In this document: piece by piece, positions 1-9,500 of the stretch
How positions within the stretch are numbered: the stretch's first letter is position 1
Layout: the number at the start of each line of letters is the position of its first letter
NCBI GenBank assembly: GCA_963835065.1
Contig: CAWIEK010000032.1
Coordinates: 1 to 43,190, forward strand
Length of the DNA: 43,190 nt
Source of the DNA: an uncultured Chthonomonadaceae bacterium
Lineage (GTDB): Bacteria > Armatimonadota > Chthonomonadetes > Chthonomonadales > Chthonomonadaceae
Reading direction: 5' to 3'
Position numbers and translations under genes: made by a program
Notes under the pieces: model-generated
The model's input: only the letters and a program-made list of their open reading frames with translations
What the model was told of the DNA's origin: nothing
Databases searched by the model: none

Positions 1-35
1 GCGCCCTGCGTGTTGCTGTCGTTCAGGAGAAAACA

Positions 36-2562
36 ATGAAACGTCGCTTTCAACCACTTTTCTGCGCTGTTGCCGGATTGATGACAATGGCAGGCTTCGC
101 GCCGCGCGGACAGGCGCAGGGAATGTTGTTCCCGGAGGCGCGTAATCGTCCGATACATCCCATTCCCGCGCCTATCATTCAGCCGTTTTTTGTGAAGGAT
201 TTGCGCGTCAACGCGGTCATTCACGATGCGGTTGCCGAAACGACGGTGGAGCAAACGTTTGTCAACGACAGCAGCGTGGAGCAGGAGGGCACGTACCTGT
301 ATCCCCTGCCTGCGGGCGCAAGTCCGAGCGCGTTCAGCATGACCGTTGGCGACCGGACGCTGGAACCCAAAATCCTGACGCATGACGAGGCGCGGGGCAT
401 TTACGAAGAAATCGTGCGGCGGCGGCGCGACCCGGCGCTGCTGGAATATGTCGGGCGCGATCTGGTCAAGATCAGCGTGTACCCGATTCCCGCGCATGGC
501 GAGCGCAAAATCTCGCTGCGCTATACGGAAATCCTCAAACCCGAAAACGGCCTGCGCAAGTATGCGTATCCCCTGTCCACGTCCCGGTTTGGCGCGCGTC
601 CTGTGGGTACGGCGGTTGTCAGCATCAAACTGAACACCAACGCGCCCATCAAAAACATCTACTCGCCCACGCACGAATTATTGGTGCGTAAAACGGACGA
701 ACACACGGCTTCGGCTTCCTACGAGGGGAGTAACGAGGCTTCGGACCGCGATCTTACCCTGTATTTCAGCACGAACAGCGATGATGTGGGCATGTCGCTG
801 CTGACCTACAAGAGCGGCAGTGGGGACGGGTATTTCGTGCTGCTGGCTTCGCCCCGCGTGTCGGTTCCCAAAGAAAAAATTCTGCCCAAGCAGGTGCTGT
901 TCGTGCTGGATCGAACGGGGTCTATGGCGGGCAAGAAGATTGAGCAGGCGCGCAAATCCCTGCTGTACTGCCTGAACAGCCTGCGCAAAGAAGACCGCTT
1001 CGACCTGATTACCTTCAGCGAGTCGGCGGAAGTGCTGATGCCCAAAATGGAACCCGCGAACGAGGCGAACGTGAGCCGGGCGCGCAAGTTCGTGGAAAAC
1101 ATCGAAGCGTCTGGCGGAACCAACATTGACGAAGCCCTGCGCACAGCCCTGAAACTGGTCAAAGACGATCCGGGTACGCAGAAGATGATCGTGTTTCTGA
1201 CGGACGGCCTGCCGACTGTGGGCGAAACCAACATCAACACCATTTTGCAGCATGTCCGCGACCTCAACGGCGAACATCGGCAGGCGTCCGTTTTTCCGGG
1301 GAATGGCGCGAAGCGGGGTTTGCGCCATGTTGGGTTTGACGCCCGGTTTGGACGAGCCGAAAGCGCAGGCGGAAGGCGCAAACGCGCGCATTTTCTGCTT
1401 CGGCCTGGGCTACGACGTGAACGTGCCGTTTCTGGACCGCATCGGGGAGCAGGAGCGAGGCGACAGCGATTTCATCAAGCCGGAAGAAGACGTTGAGGTG
1501 AAAGTCTCGGCGTTCTTCGCCAAAGTCGCATCGCCCGTGCTGTCGGACGTGAAACTGGCGTTTGACGGCGGCGATGTGTACGATGTGTTTCCCAAGCAGA
1601 TGCCCGATCTGTTCAAGGGGTCGCAGCTTGTGATTACGGGGCGGTTCCGGGGCGACAAATCGGGAACCGTTCATCTGGCGGGGCTGGCGAACGGCGCGCA
1701 GGAAACCTTCAAAACGGCTGCGCCCTTCGGGAGCGCGGACGGACTGAACAGCTTTGTGCCGCGCTTGTGGGCGCAGCGCAAAATCGGTTTCTTGATTGAC
1801 CAATTGCGGCTGAATAGCGGCACAACGCCGAACAAAGAACTGGTAGACGAAATCGTCCGTTTGTCCCACGAGTATGGCATTATCACGGAATACACGTCGT
1901 TTTTGGTGGATGACCGCGAACAGCGCGTTTTGAGCCTGGGGCGCAGCGCCGGCAAAATGTCCAAGATGAGCCTACGGGACAACGCAATCGTGGAGCGGGA
2001 AGTGATGGCGCGGGCGGGACAGTTCGGCGCGACGGGCGCAGGCGTGACGGATCAAAGCGCGCGGGCCAAAGATTACAAGAACGCTTCCACGCTCGGCTCG
2101 CGCTACCAGTCAGCCAACGGAGGCGTAAACGCGCTTTCCTCAGCTGGCGGCGCGAACGGGCCAGGTGGCCCCACTTCGTTGCCGCAGGCCGTGTTCGCGA
2201 GCAAGGCGAAAATGGGCAACTTCGGCGGGGCGCGTTCGCAGAGCGGCAGGGGCGCGTTTGCGGGCACATCCGGCGGCAGCAACGAAGTCGTGGTACAGGC
2301 AGTGAGTGACCGGACGTTCTACCGGCAGGCGGGCAATGTGTGGCAGGATCAATCCTACGACGCCACAAAGAACGCGCTGACCAAAATACAGGCGTTCAGC
2401 GACGCGCATTTCGCTTTGTTGCGCGCCGTTCCCGCCCTGGCCGCGTACTCTTCGGTAGGCGATGATGTGATTGTCCGGCTCGGCAACAACGCCATACAAA
2501 TCGGCAAGGAAGGCAAAGACAAACTGACCGCAGCCGAACTCAAACAGTTCACCGGGAAGTAG
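36..2562 (+). CDS. Secreted VIT + von Willebrand factor A domain protein (inter-alpha-trypsin inhibitor-like); one apparent frameshift near 1300-1340
   Basis: Signal peptide (..APRGQAQ), VIT segment (VAETTVEQTFVN..EGTYLYPLP), MIDAS motif FVLDRTGSM, GGTNI, FLTDGLPT in ORF 36..1496; continues in ORF 1252..2562 with RIFCFGLGYDVN, VPRLWAQRKI, YGIITEYTSFLV; RBS AGGAG upstream. Confidence 0.85.
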
Positions 2563-2820
2563 TCCTTGCATTGCGGACAACGTAAGGGGCCATAACTCTT
2601 TAAGTTCCCAAACCAGCGGAAAGTAGGAACCGTTAGGAAGAGGGCATGCAGGGAAAGGGTAGGCAGAAAAAAGATATGTAGAGTCATCGTCGAAATCTTG
2701 GCAATACAGCGCTTCCAGCCCGATGTCTCGTTGTGTCAAGTTGTAGGAGAGAGGCGTCATGGCCTCAGCAGCGTCAGGGCGAACGGGAGGGGTGAAACAT
2801 AGGCTTTGCACCTCCCTTCT

Positions 2821-2874
2821 GGGTTAGGGTTCTAGGGTTCTAGGGTTTTAGGGTTTTAGGTTGATAGTTGATAG
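2821..2874. repeat. Short tandem repeats (TAGGGTTC/T)n followed by (GTTGATA)2
   Basis: gggttagggttctagggttctagggttttagggttttaggttgatagttgatag read directly. Confidence 0.85.
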
Positions 2875-3093
2875 GAACTCGGACGTTCAACCTTCCTGTC
2901 TGTATAGTAGACATTTGTATTATTTAGACAGGGGATGTGGGGCAAAGGTTTCCTGTTTTTGGGGTGTTTTGCTCTTTTTTGCAGAAATGTTTTTGTGGGA
3001 GCGTTGCTGTTGGCATCGTGTGAGGAACGGGGAGCGGCGCTTGCCTGGGGAACTGTAAATCTATCACTTGCTGGCGGGCGCAACGCGCAAGGA

Positions 3094-3230
3094 GGACACA
3101 ACATGTTGTGTCCCTACGTTCGGGAACTTAATCTTTTACAGACCCTAAGGGTCCGTAAAAGATTAAGTTCCCGTTTGCAAAGGTCAGCGTTCCCGCCTGT
3201 TCGGGAAGTTATACTTTTACGAACCCTAAG
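3094..3230. repeat. REP-like palindrome cluster
   Basis: Perfect palindrome GGACACAACATGTTGTGTCC (3094-3113) followed by CTAC (GTAG on minus); 53-nt near-perfect palindrome 3121-3173; degenerate half copy 3199-3230. Confidence 0.8.
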
Positions 3231-3404
3231 CGCGTTTCTGCAACAAACATTAGCGGCCTGCTGTCTATGATAGCAGGCCGCGCCTACTGCTAACCCGCTG
3301 AGAATGTAAGGAACTGCCTTATCTCTTGAAGCAATTTGTCTAATTGGCGCGTTTGACATTCCCAAACAACTAACGTCTGCCCCCGTCCTATCAGGATAAA
3401 TTAC

Positions 3405-3614
3405 ATGGTTTTGGTTACCATTACCTTCGACACGCAGGGAACCTCACCTGATGACATTCGCGATCTGATAAAAGGCGGACAGGTGATGCACACAGCAGGT
3501 ATTTTGAATACTCGTTGGGAAGATTACTCTGCTTTGCATGTCGCAGAACAGGCCGACCTGCATACAGTTGAGTGGGATTATACAGGAGATGACATCCGGC
3601 AACACTTAAGTTGA
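3405..3614 (+). CDS. Small hypothetical protein
   Basis: 69-aa ORF with AGGA upstream and plausible composition; no recognised motif. Confidence 0.4.
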   Translation: MVLVTITFDTQGTSPDDIRDLIKGGQVMHTAGILNTRWEDYSALHVAEQADLHTVEWDYTGDDIRQHLS

Positions 3615-3705
3615 CAGTATGGTATCCCATCTCAACAAAGCGCAAGTAAACGCGCGCCTGCGAGAAATTTGCAGCATTGAGACGGTGGAAGTAAACGGAG
3701 AGTTA

Positions 3706-4466
3706 TTATGCGACATCTATAGTGAAGTGCCATTCGACGGTGAGTGATTGCCTGTACCTGCTTTGTATCGCAAGCGCATTGTGCGGGTCACGAATGATGC
3801 GCGGAACCGGGGCAGCCGTCAGGTTGCCGACAACAATCAGCCAGTAATTGCCTTTTCTGAGTTTCGCTTCTGACCATTCGCGGTCTGTGAACAAGATGCC
3901 GCCGCGAGTTTCTTTTAGTCCCTTCACTTCGATTGCCCATTCAGCCCTACCCTTTACACCGAAGTCAAAGCGCAAGCCGCGTTTCGCAAATCAAGAATGT
4001 TGTCGTTGATGACCTGAACCAGCGAATGGGAATGTTGAAGGAAATATCTTCGGCGCGGCGCCCTGATAAAAGCCGTTCGGCGACATTATGGGCTACGCGA
4101 TTGACAACCGCCAAAGCGTCTATGGCTTCCACAATCTCGTTCTCGTCACGCTTAAGAATACGCTCTACAAGTTCAAGCAGAGCATCATCGCTTACATCTG
4201 AGTTCATCAAGCACACGCTGCCGATTCGGGCGTAAAATGCGTTGATGCCAGCCACGACGGGGGTTGGAGTGAACAGGATCGAACTCGTCCCGCAAGTTAT
4301 CAAAAGTGCGTGGCGGCTTGGTAAGCGAGTTTGCGGCTTCGGCAAAGGCTTGCTCCCACGTTTTGAATTCTCGCGCAGCCAGATAGCCTGTATCAAGACG
4401 GCTCATAGCGTAACCAATGACGATAGCCTCTGTTTCAATGCGAAAACGTTTGCGTTCTTCCGACAT
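3706..4466 (-). CDS. DUF3883 (PD-(D/E)xK, NO VEIN C-terminal-like) domain nuclease; three apparent frameshifts (~4200, ~4047, ~3970)
   Basis: Stitched reading MSEERKRF..NLRDEFDPVHSNPRRGWHQR..SDDALLELVERIL..GRRAE-YFLQH..DLRNAAC-FDFGV..AIEVKGL..ILFTDREWSEA..YWLIVV; the FD..IEVKG..T..EW..A..YWL pattern is typical of DUF3883. Confidence 0.7.
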
Positions 4467-4647
4467 TTCGCGCCATCCTGCTACACACGATTCAAATAAC
4501 ACCCCGTCAGGTTGGGACTGCTTACGGGTTAGTATACAATCTTTCACGGCACAAGCGTAACAAAAGTTTCACGCCCGCTCTGGACTGAATAGTTACTCTA
4601 CGTGTATAATACCAGCAACATTCGATTGTTTATTCGAGGAATGGACA

Positions 4648-4865
4648 TGATTGATCCTGAAGAACCTGTCCAAATAGAACAAGCCGTAGTCCAGCAGTTT
4701 GCTTCATGCGTGGACGCTCAAAAACAAGCCGCTTTTCATCAGGCTCTGCTTGCTTCAGGATTAGTCAAAACAATCAAAACGCCACCTGCCGATATGCCTG
4801 AATGTGCGGCGGTTCCCATACTAGGCAAGCCGCTTTCAGAAACCATTATGGAGGAGCGACGCTGA
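4648..4865 (+). CDS. Putative type II antitoxin (VapB-like)
   Basis: C-terminus LLASGLV..VPILGKPLSETIMEERR resembles antitoxins that precede PIN/VapC genes; GAGGA RBS upstream; start codon uncertain (4641 region vs 4648). Confidence 0.55.
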
Positions 4866-4912
4866 GTGGCAGTATACAATGCGTGATGACATGGCTAAAG
4901 AAAGTAGGGGAA

Positions 4913-5178
4913 ATGGCAGCTACCCAACACACCGCAATCGTCAGAGAAAACGGTTTTCTGGAAATTGCACAAGGCATTCAAGAGCACTTGGCTTGCAGCC
5001 TGGCGATGAAGTCGAAATTGTACTTCTGAATGAACCGAAGGACGGCGGCAGTTCGCTATCCACTTCCTCTTCGACGGAGCAAGCGGAAGTCTCTATGACC
5101 TTCTCGAAGGCGTCATCGGTTCTGTGGAAGGCAACGGAGAAAAACTCCGAGCAGACGGGCGCAAAGTTCACAAAATAG
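4913..5178 (+). pseudogene. AbrB/MazE-like antitoxin, frameshifted
   Basis: Stitched MAATQHTAIVRENGFLEIAQGIQEHL-GLQPGDEVEIVL is the AbrB swapped-hairpin signature; C-terminal SLYDLLEGVIGSVEG..SEQTGAKFT in shifting frames; RBS AGGGG. Confidence 0.55.
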
Positions 5179-5199
5179 TTTTCAGAAGGTATAGAAGAT

Positions 5200-5658
5200 A
5201 TGAAATTAGCGGAAGCCCTGTTGTTGCGGGCGGATTGTCAGAAGAAGATGGAGCAATTGCGGCAGCGCATTGTCGGCAGCGCGAAAGTGCAGGAGGGCGA
5301 TGAGCCGCCCGAAAACCCGGCGCAATTGCTGGAAGAGATGGAGCGGGTTGCCGCGCAACTGCTGGCCCTGATTCAGAACATTAACACAACCAATTCCACG
5401 ACGGAATACGCGCCGGGTAAAAGCCTGTCGGACGCGCTGGCGGAACGCGATGTGCTGATGCTGCGCCGCAATGTTTATGCTGACCTTGCCCGCTCCGCGT
5501 CCGTCGTGCAGGCGCGCACCAGCCGTTCGGAAGTGAAGTTTGTCGGCACGGTGCGGGTTGCGGACATGCAGGAACAGGTGGATGCGCTGTCCAAAGCCTA
5601 CCGGGAAACCGACGCCCGCGTACAGGAATTGAACTGGCGGACGGAATTGAAGGAGTAG
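5200..5658 (+). CDS. DIP1984 family (septicolysin-annotated) helical protein
   Basis: MKLAEALLLRAD..SAKVQEGDEPPENP..INTTN..SLSDALAERD..SRSEVKF..VQELNWRTEL matches the family pattern end to end. Confidence 0.88.
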   Translation: MKLAEALLLRADCQKKMEQLRQRIVGSAKVQEGDEPPENPAQLLEEMERVAAQLLALIQNINTTNSTTEYAPGKSLSDALAERDVLMLRRNVYADLARSASVVQARTSRSEVKFVGTVRVADMQEQVDALSKAYRETDARVQELNWRTELKE

Positions 5659-5685
5659 GGGTGTTGGGTGTTGGGTATGCAGAGT

Positions 5686-5816
5686 CCGTGCAATAAATTG
5701 CGCGGCTGTGGTAACGAAGTCCGCCTTCGCGGACTCAATGCGGAAGAGATCATCTTTATACGGTGGAGTCCGCGAAGGCGGACTTCGTTACCACAGCCGC
5801 GAGTTTCAACTCACGG
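5686..5816. repeat. REPIN/MITE-like inverted-repeat doublet
   Basis: 36-bp perfect inverted repeat 5701-5736 / 5766-5801 (cgcggctgtggtaacgaagtccgccttcgcggactc), each arm with an internal hairpin agtccgccttcgcggact; imperfect extension outward to ~5686/5816. Confidence 0.85.
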
Positions 5817-5875
5817 CGCTTGTGTGAACGGTATTCAGGGGTTAGGACCCTCAACTCTCAACTCAAACACGCAGC

Positions 5876-6101
5876 CGGTAGCCGAATGTGGGGAAGCGAG
5901 CGCAGCCTGCCAACGGGGTACAGTTGGAAGATCGCCGTAATGGTGATACATGGTCGGCGTCGGAGCATCGTCGAGCGGGTTCGATCCCCGCACAGTACCG
6001 TCAGGCTCATCACGGTAACAAGGGTATCGGGCATTGTTACGCTGCACTACCATGCGCTGGTCGGCACATTCGGTGAGGGTGGGTACGGGGAAACTGCGCG
6101 T
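5876..6101 (+). ncRNA. Putative structured ncRNA with tRNA-like domain downstream of the DIP1984 gene
   Basis: Helix GCCGAATGTG 5881-5890 / CACATTCGGT 6065-6074; acceptor-like GGTACAGT 5917-5924 / ACAGTACC 5992-5999; T-arm GCGGG-TTCGATC-CCCGC 5975-5991; stem GTAACAA 6015-6021 / TTGTTAC 6034-6040; terminator immediately after; no credible ORF. Confidence 0.65.
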
Positions 6102-6116
6102 TTTGTGGGTTTGCAC

Positions 6117-6146
6117 AGCCTGCCGCAATTTGCGGCAGGCTTTTTT
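6117..6146 (+). terminator. Rho-independent terminator
   Basis: agcctgccgcaa-t-ttgcggcaggct followed by T-run. Confidence 0.85.
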
Positions 6147-6252
6147 CACGTCCGGCAGGGCTGCGGGCAGATCGGCTTTCAGGCTCTCACGAGAAGGGAA
6201 GACATATATTCTTCACGCTAAGGCTGAACCGGCGCGTGGAGCAGAAACGTTT

Positions 6253-9069
6253 TCAAACGGCTGCGGGCGCGGGTGCATCAAATTTTTGCAGCGCATACGC
6301 AATGGCTTCTTCCAGCGTGAGGCAGCGTCCCGCCGCCCATTCCGCCGCGAAAGCCGCTTCCCCCAGGTGGGAGCGCGCAATGGCAAGCTGTGCCTCCGTT
6401 TCCTGCGCGTCCTCCGGCGGCAGGGGAACATGAATGATTTCCCGCTGCGCTTCGACAACGCTCATCAAGCGGGCCATCTGCGCCCACTGATTTAACGCCG
6501 CATGGAGATAGGCAAGACTTTCCAAAATATAAGGGATATACTGACGCCCGCCCAATTGCTGAAACAGCCGCAAACTCTCCGCATACATCCGGCGATGCGT
6601 CGGCGTAATCGCCCATGCGAAAAGCGGCTTCCGCGATATTGTTCAACTCCACAGCCATGCGAAACTTGTCCCCAAGCTGACGATATATCGCCAGGCACTG
6701 CGCCCCTAATACGCGCGCATTCTCATCATGGCCTTGCCTGGAAGCGATCAAAGACAGGTTGCTCAGGGTCATGGCCGCGTACCGTTTATCGCCGCACTTG
6801 TTTAACAGGCGCAGGCTGTCTTCAAAATAATGACGCGCGTTTTCATAATCCTGCCGCAGATGGGAAGCGATGTTGCCCAAGCGAGTTCAGCGTAATCCCC
6901 ATGCCATGCTCGTCGCCGATTTCCTGCTGAATTTCCAGGCAGCGCAGGTGCAGGGCGCGCGCGGCTTCTGCGTCTTGCTCGGCATACGCGATGTCGCCCA
7001 ATCCGCTCAAGGCAAGAGCAACGCCTGCCCGGTAATCCAATTTTTCGGAGAGTTCCAGGCTTTGCTGAAAGTTGTCCTGCGCATGGCGGTAATCGCCCTG
7101 CGCCCACGCCAGCGTGCCCACGCCCCGCAGCGCGTCGGCCCAATCGGTTGTCGCCTGTTCGCAGCCCGGCTGCGCCATCAGGCGCGTCAAGCTGTTCGCG
7201 TCCCTCGCTGAAGTAGCCGCGTATCTCCCAGAAGCGCCACAAGGAGGAGGCCAGGCATAAACTTGTGTCATTGGCCTGCCGGTTCAGGGCGGCGCGCAGA
7301 TTGTCGTGTTCCTTTTCCAGTTGATCCAGCCACGTGGCCTGCTGCGGTCCCGTCAATTGGGCGTCGGCCTCCTTCGCCAGCGTGAGGTAATAATCCTGAT
7401 GCTTTTGCTGCGCTGCCTCCTTTTCGGCATGGGATTGCAGCTTTTCGGCGGCATACTGGCGCACCGTTTCCAGCAGGCGATAGCGCGTATGCCCCTCCTG
7501 CTCCTCATGCGCGACCAGGCTTTTATCCACCAGGCCGGCAAGGAGGTCCAAAACCTCCCAATCCTCAATTTCCTCACCGGCGCACACCTGCTCCGCCGCA
7601 TCCGGCGTCCATCCGCCCGCGAATACCGACAGGCAGGCAAGCAGCGTCTTTTCCTGATCGTTAAGCAGATCATACGACCAGTCAATAAGGGCGCGTAATG
7701 TTTGCTGGCGCGGCAGGGCAGCGCGGCTTCCGCCTGTGAGCAGGCGGAACCGGTTGTCCAGCTTGCTGTCAATCTCCTCAACCGACAGCGAGCGCGTTCT
7801 TGCCGCCGCCAGTTCAATGGCAAGCGGGATGCCGTCCAACTGCCGGCACAAATGCGCAATGGCGGCCACGTTGCCGGAATACAGCGTAAAATCCTGACGC
7901 TGCTGCCGGGCGCGCTCCACAAACAGCCGGGGCGCGTCGTACTCCATCAGCCGCAGGATCGGGTCGGCGGCTTCTTGGCCGATGATTTCTTGATCCACGA
8001 GCGTCGTGTCTTCAGGAGCCGGGGCGAGGAGGGACGGGATGCGCCACGCATGTTCGCCCGAAATGCCCAACCGCTCCCGACTTGTCGCCAGAATCGTCAG
8101 ATGCGGACAGCTTTTGAGCAGGGTGTCGGCGACGCGGGCGCAGGCGTTTATCAGATGCTCGCAGTTGTCCAGCAGCAAAAGTATCTGCTTATCGCGCAGG
8201 CTGTCAGTGAGGGTTTGCAGCAGGGAACGGTTCGCTTCCTCGCGCACACTCAGCGCGGAAGCAATCGCCTGCGGAACCAGGTCGGGTTCCGTCAGCGCGG
8301 CCAGTTCCACCAGCCACACGCCGTCCTTGTACTGGTCCAGCAGGTCGGCTCCCACCTGCACGGAAAGGCGGGTTTTGCCCACGCCGCCGATGCCTAAGAG
8401 CGTCAGCAGGGGCGTGGTGGTGAGAAGCCGCTTGATTTCCGCCATTTCGCGCTGCCTGCCGATAAAGGAGGACATTTGCCGGGGGAGGTTCGTGGGCAGG
8501 TAGTCCAGCGATTTGAGGGGCGGAAATTCTGTCGGCAGGGCCGGATGGAAAAGCTGCCAGACATGTTCGGGAGCCTGCAGGTCTTTGAGGCGGTGCATCC
8601 CCATGTCCTGAAGCGTGACATCGGGGGGCAGGCTGTCGCAAACAAGCCGGTAGGTTGCCTCAGAAATCAGCGTCTGCTGCCCGTGTCCGACGCCCTGCAA
8701 GCGGGCGACCCGGTTGAGCGTTTGCCCGAAGTAGTCGTTGTCGCGCTCTTCCGCCTGCCCGGTATGCAGTCCCATACGCACCCGAATGGAGCCAACCTCG
8801 CCCCAATCCGGCTTTTGCAGGGCTAAATGGGCGTCCAGGGCGGCGGCGAGCGCATCGGGGGCTGTGGGAAACGCCGCGCAGAACGCATCGCCAACGGTCT
8901 TGAAGACATGCCCGTGATGCTGTTCAATCGCGTAGCGCAGCAGTTCGTCATGGCAGGCCAGCGCCCTGCGCATTCCTTCAGGATACTTTTCCCATAGCTT
9001 GGTGCTGCCTTCAATATCCGTGAAAAGGAAGGTAATGTTCCCGGTTGGCATAGATGGCCTAGATGACAT
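6253..9069 (-). CDS. Class III adenylate/guanylate cyclase + NB-ARC/STAND ATPase + TPR protein; frameshifts near 7185, 6880, 6590
   Basis: FLFTDIEGST, KTVGDAFC, VRMGLHTG, LNRVARL cyclase motifs; Walker A GIGGVGKT, LLLDNCEH, LDGIPLAIELAA; TPR segments in ORFs 6843..7271, 6278..6880, 6253..6588 ending AWAAGR..LEEAIAYAL-type tail. Confidence 0.88.
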
Positions 9070-9381
9070 AAGTTAAATCCCGCCCGCCTCGTAAATCTTA
9101 ACAAGCGTTAAACGAAACTTCGCGCGCAGTGGAGGCAGCCGATGCTGTGGCTGCCTGCAAATGTTCCCTCGCAAGGCTGCATGGAAGCCTTGTAAAAGTT
9201 AGACGAAAATTCCTGCAAAAAGAAATACGGGTTTTTTATTCGCAAAGCAGGAATCAACGCGCGGTAAGTGAGAACCCTGTTGTTTGAGAATGCAGGATAA
9301 GCGCCTGCTTTTAATCCGGTTTATGAACTATTCTCATAAATTTTGGCACATTTACCCGCAAACATCGAAGCCGCCGCAGTT

Positions 9382-9397
9382 TGGCATGATTCTTGCA
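9382..9397 (+). promoter_or_regulatory. Sigma54 (-24/-12) promoter
   Basis: TGGCATGATTCTTGCA matches TGGCAC-N5-TTGCW with exact GG-N10-GC spacing, ~100 nt upstream of the PEP-CTERM gene. Confidence 0.7.
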
Positions 9398-9500
9398 CAC
9401 AGTATAGAGTATTAAAGGCGCTTCTGACTGTGACGGTTTTCACTTGAAACCGTCCGGCCTCAACAAATCCCATTGACTTCTATTTTCAAGGAGACGCAAC

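Noticed and set aside
1252..1496. Programmed frameshifting or genuine two-gene splits in vWA, tricorn, permease and others
   Set aside because: No consistent slippery sites, and too many unrelated genes are affected; sequencing error is more parsimonious.
2821..2860. Telomere-like TTAGGG/TTTAGGG repeats
   Set aside because: Only a few degenerate units inside clearly bacterial sequence; same class as the other short tandem repeats.
5926..5999. Resemblance of GGAAGATCG..GGTGA to the 5' end of tRNA-Sec (selC)
   Set aside because: No TCA anticodon arm, no matching GATCTTCC 3' strand and no CCA; treated as a tRNA-like domain only.
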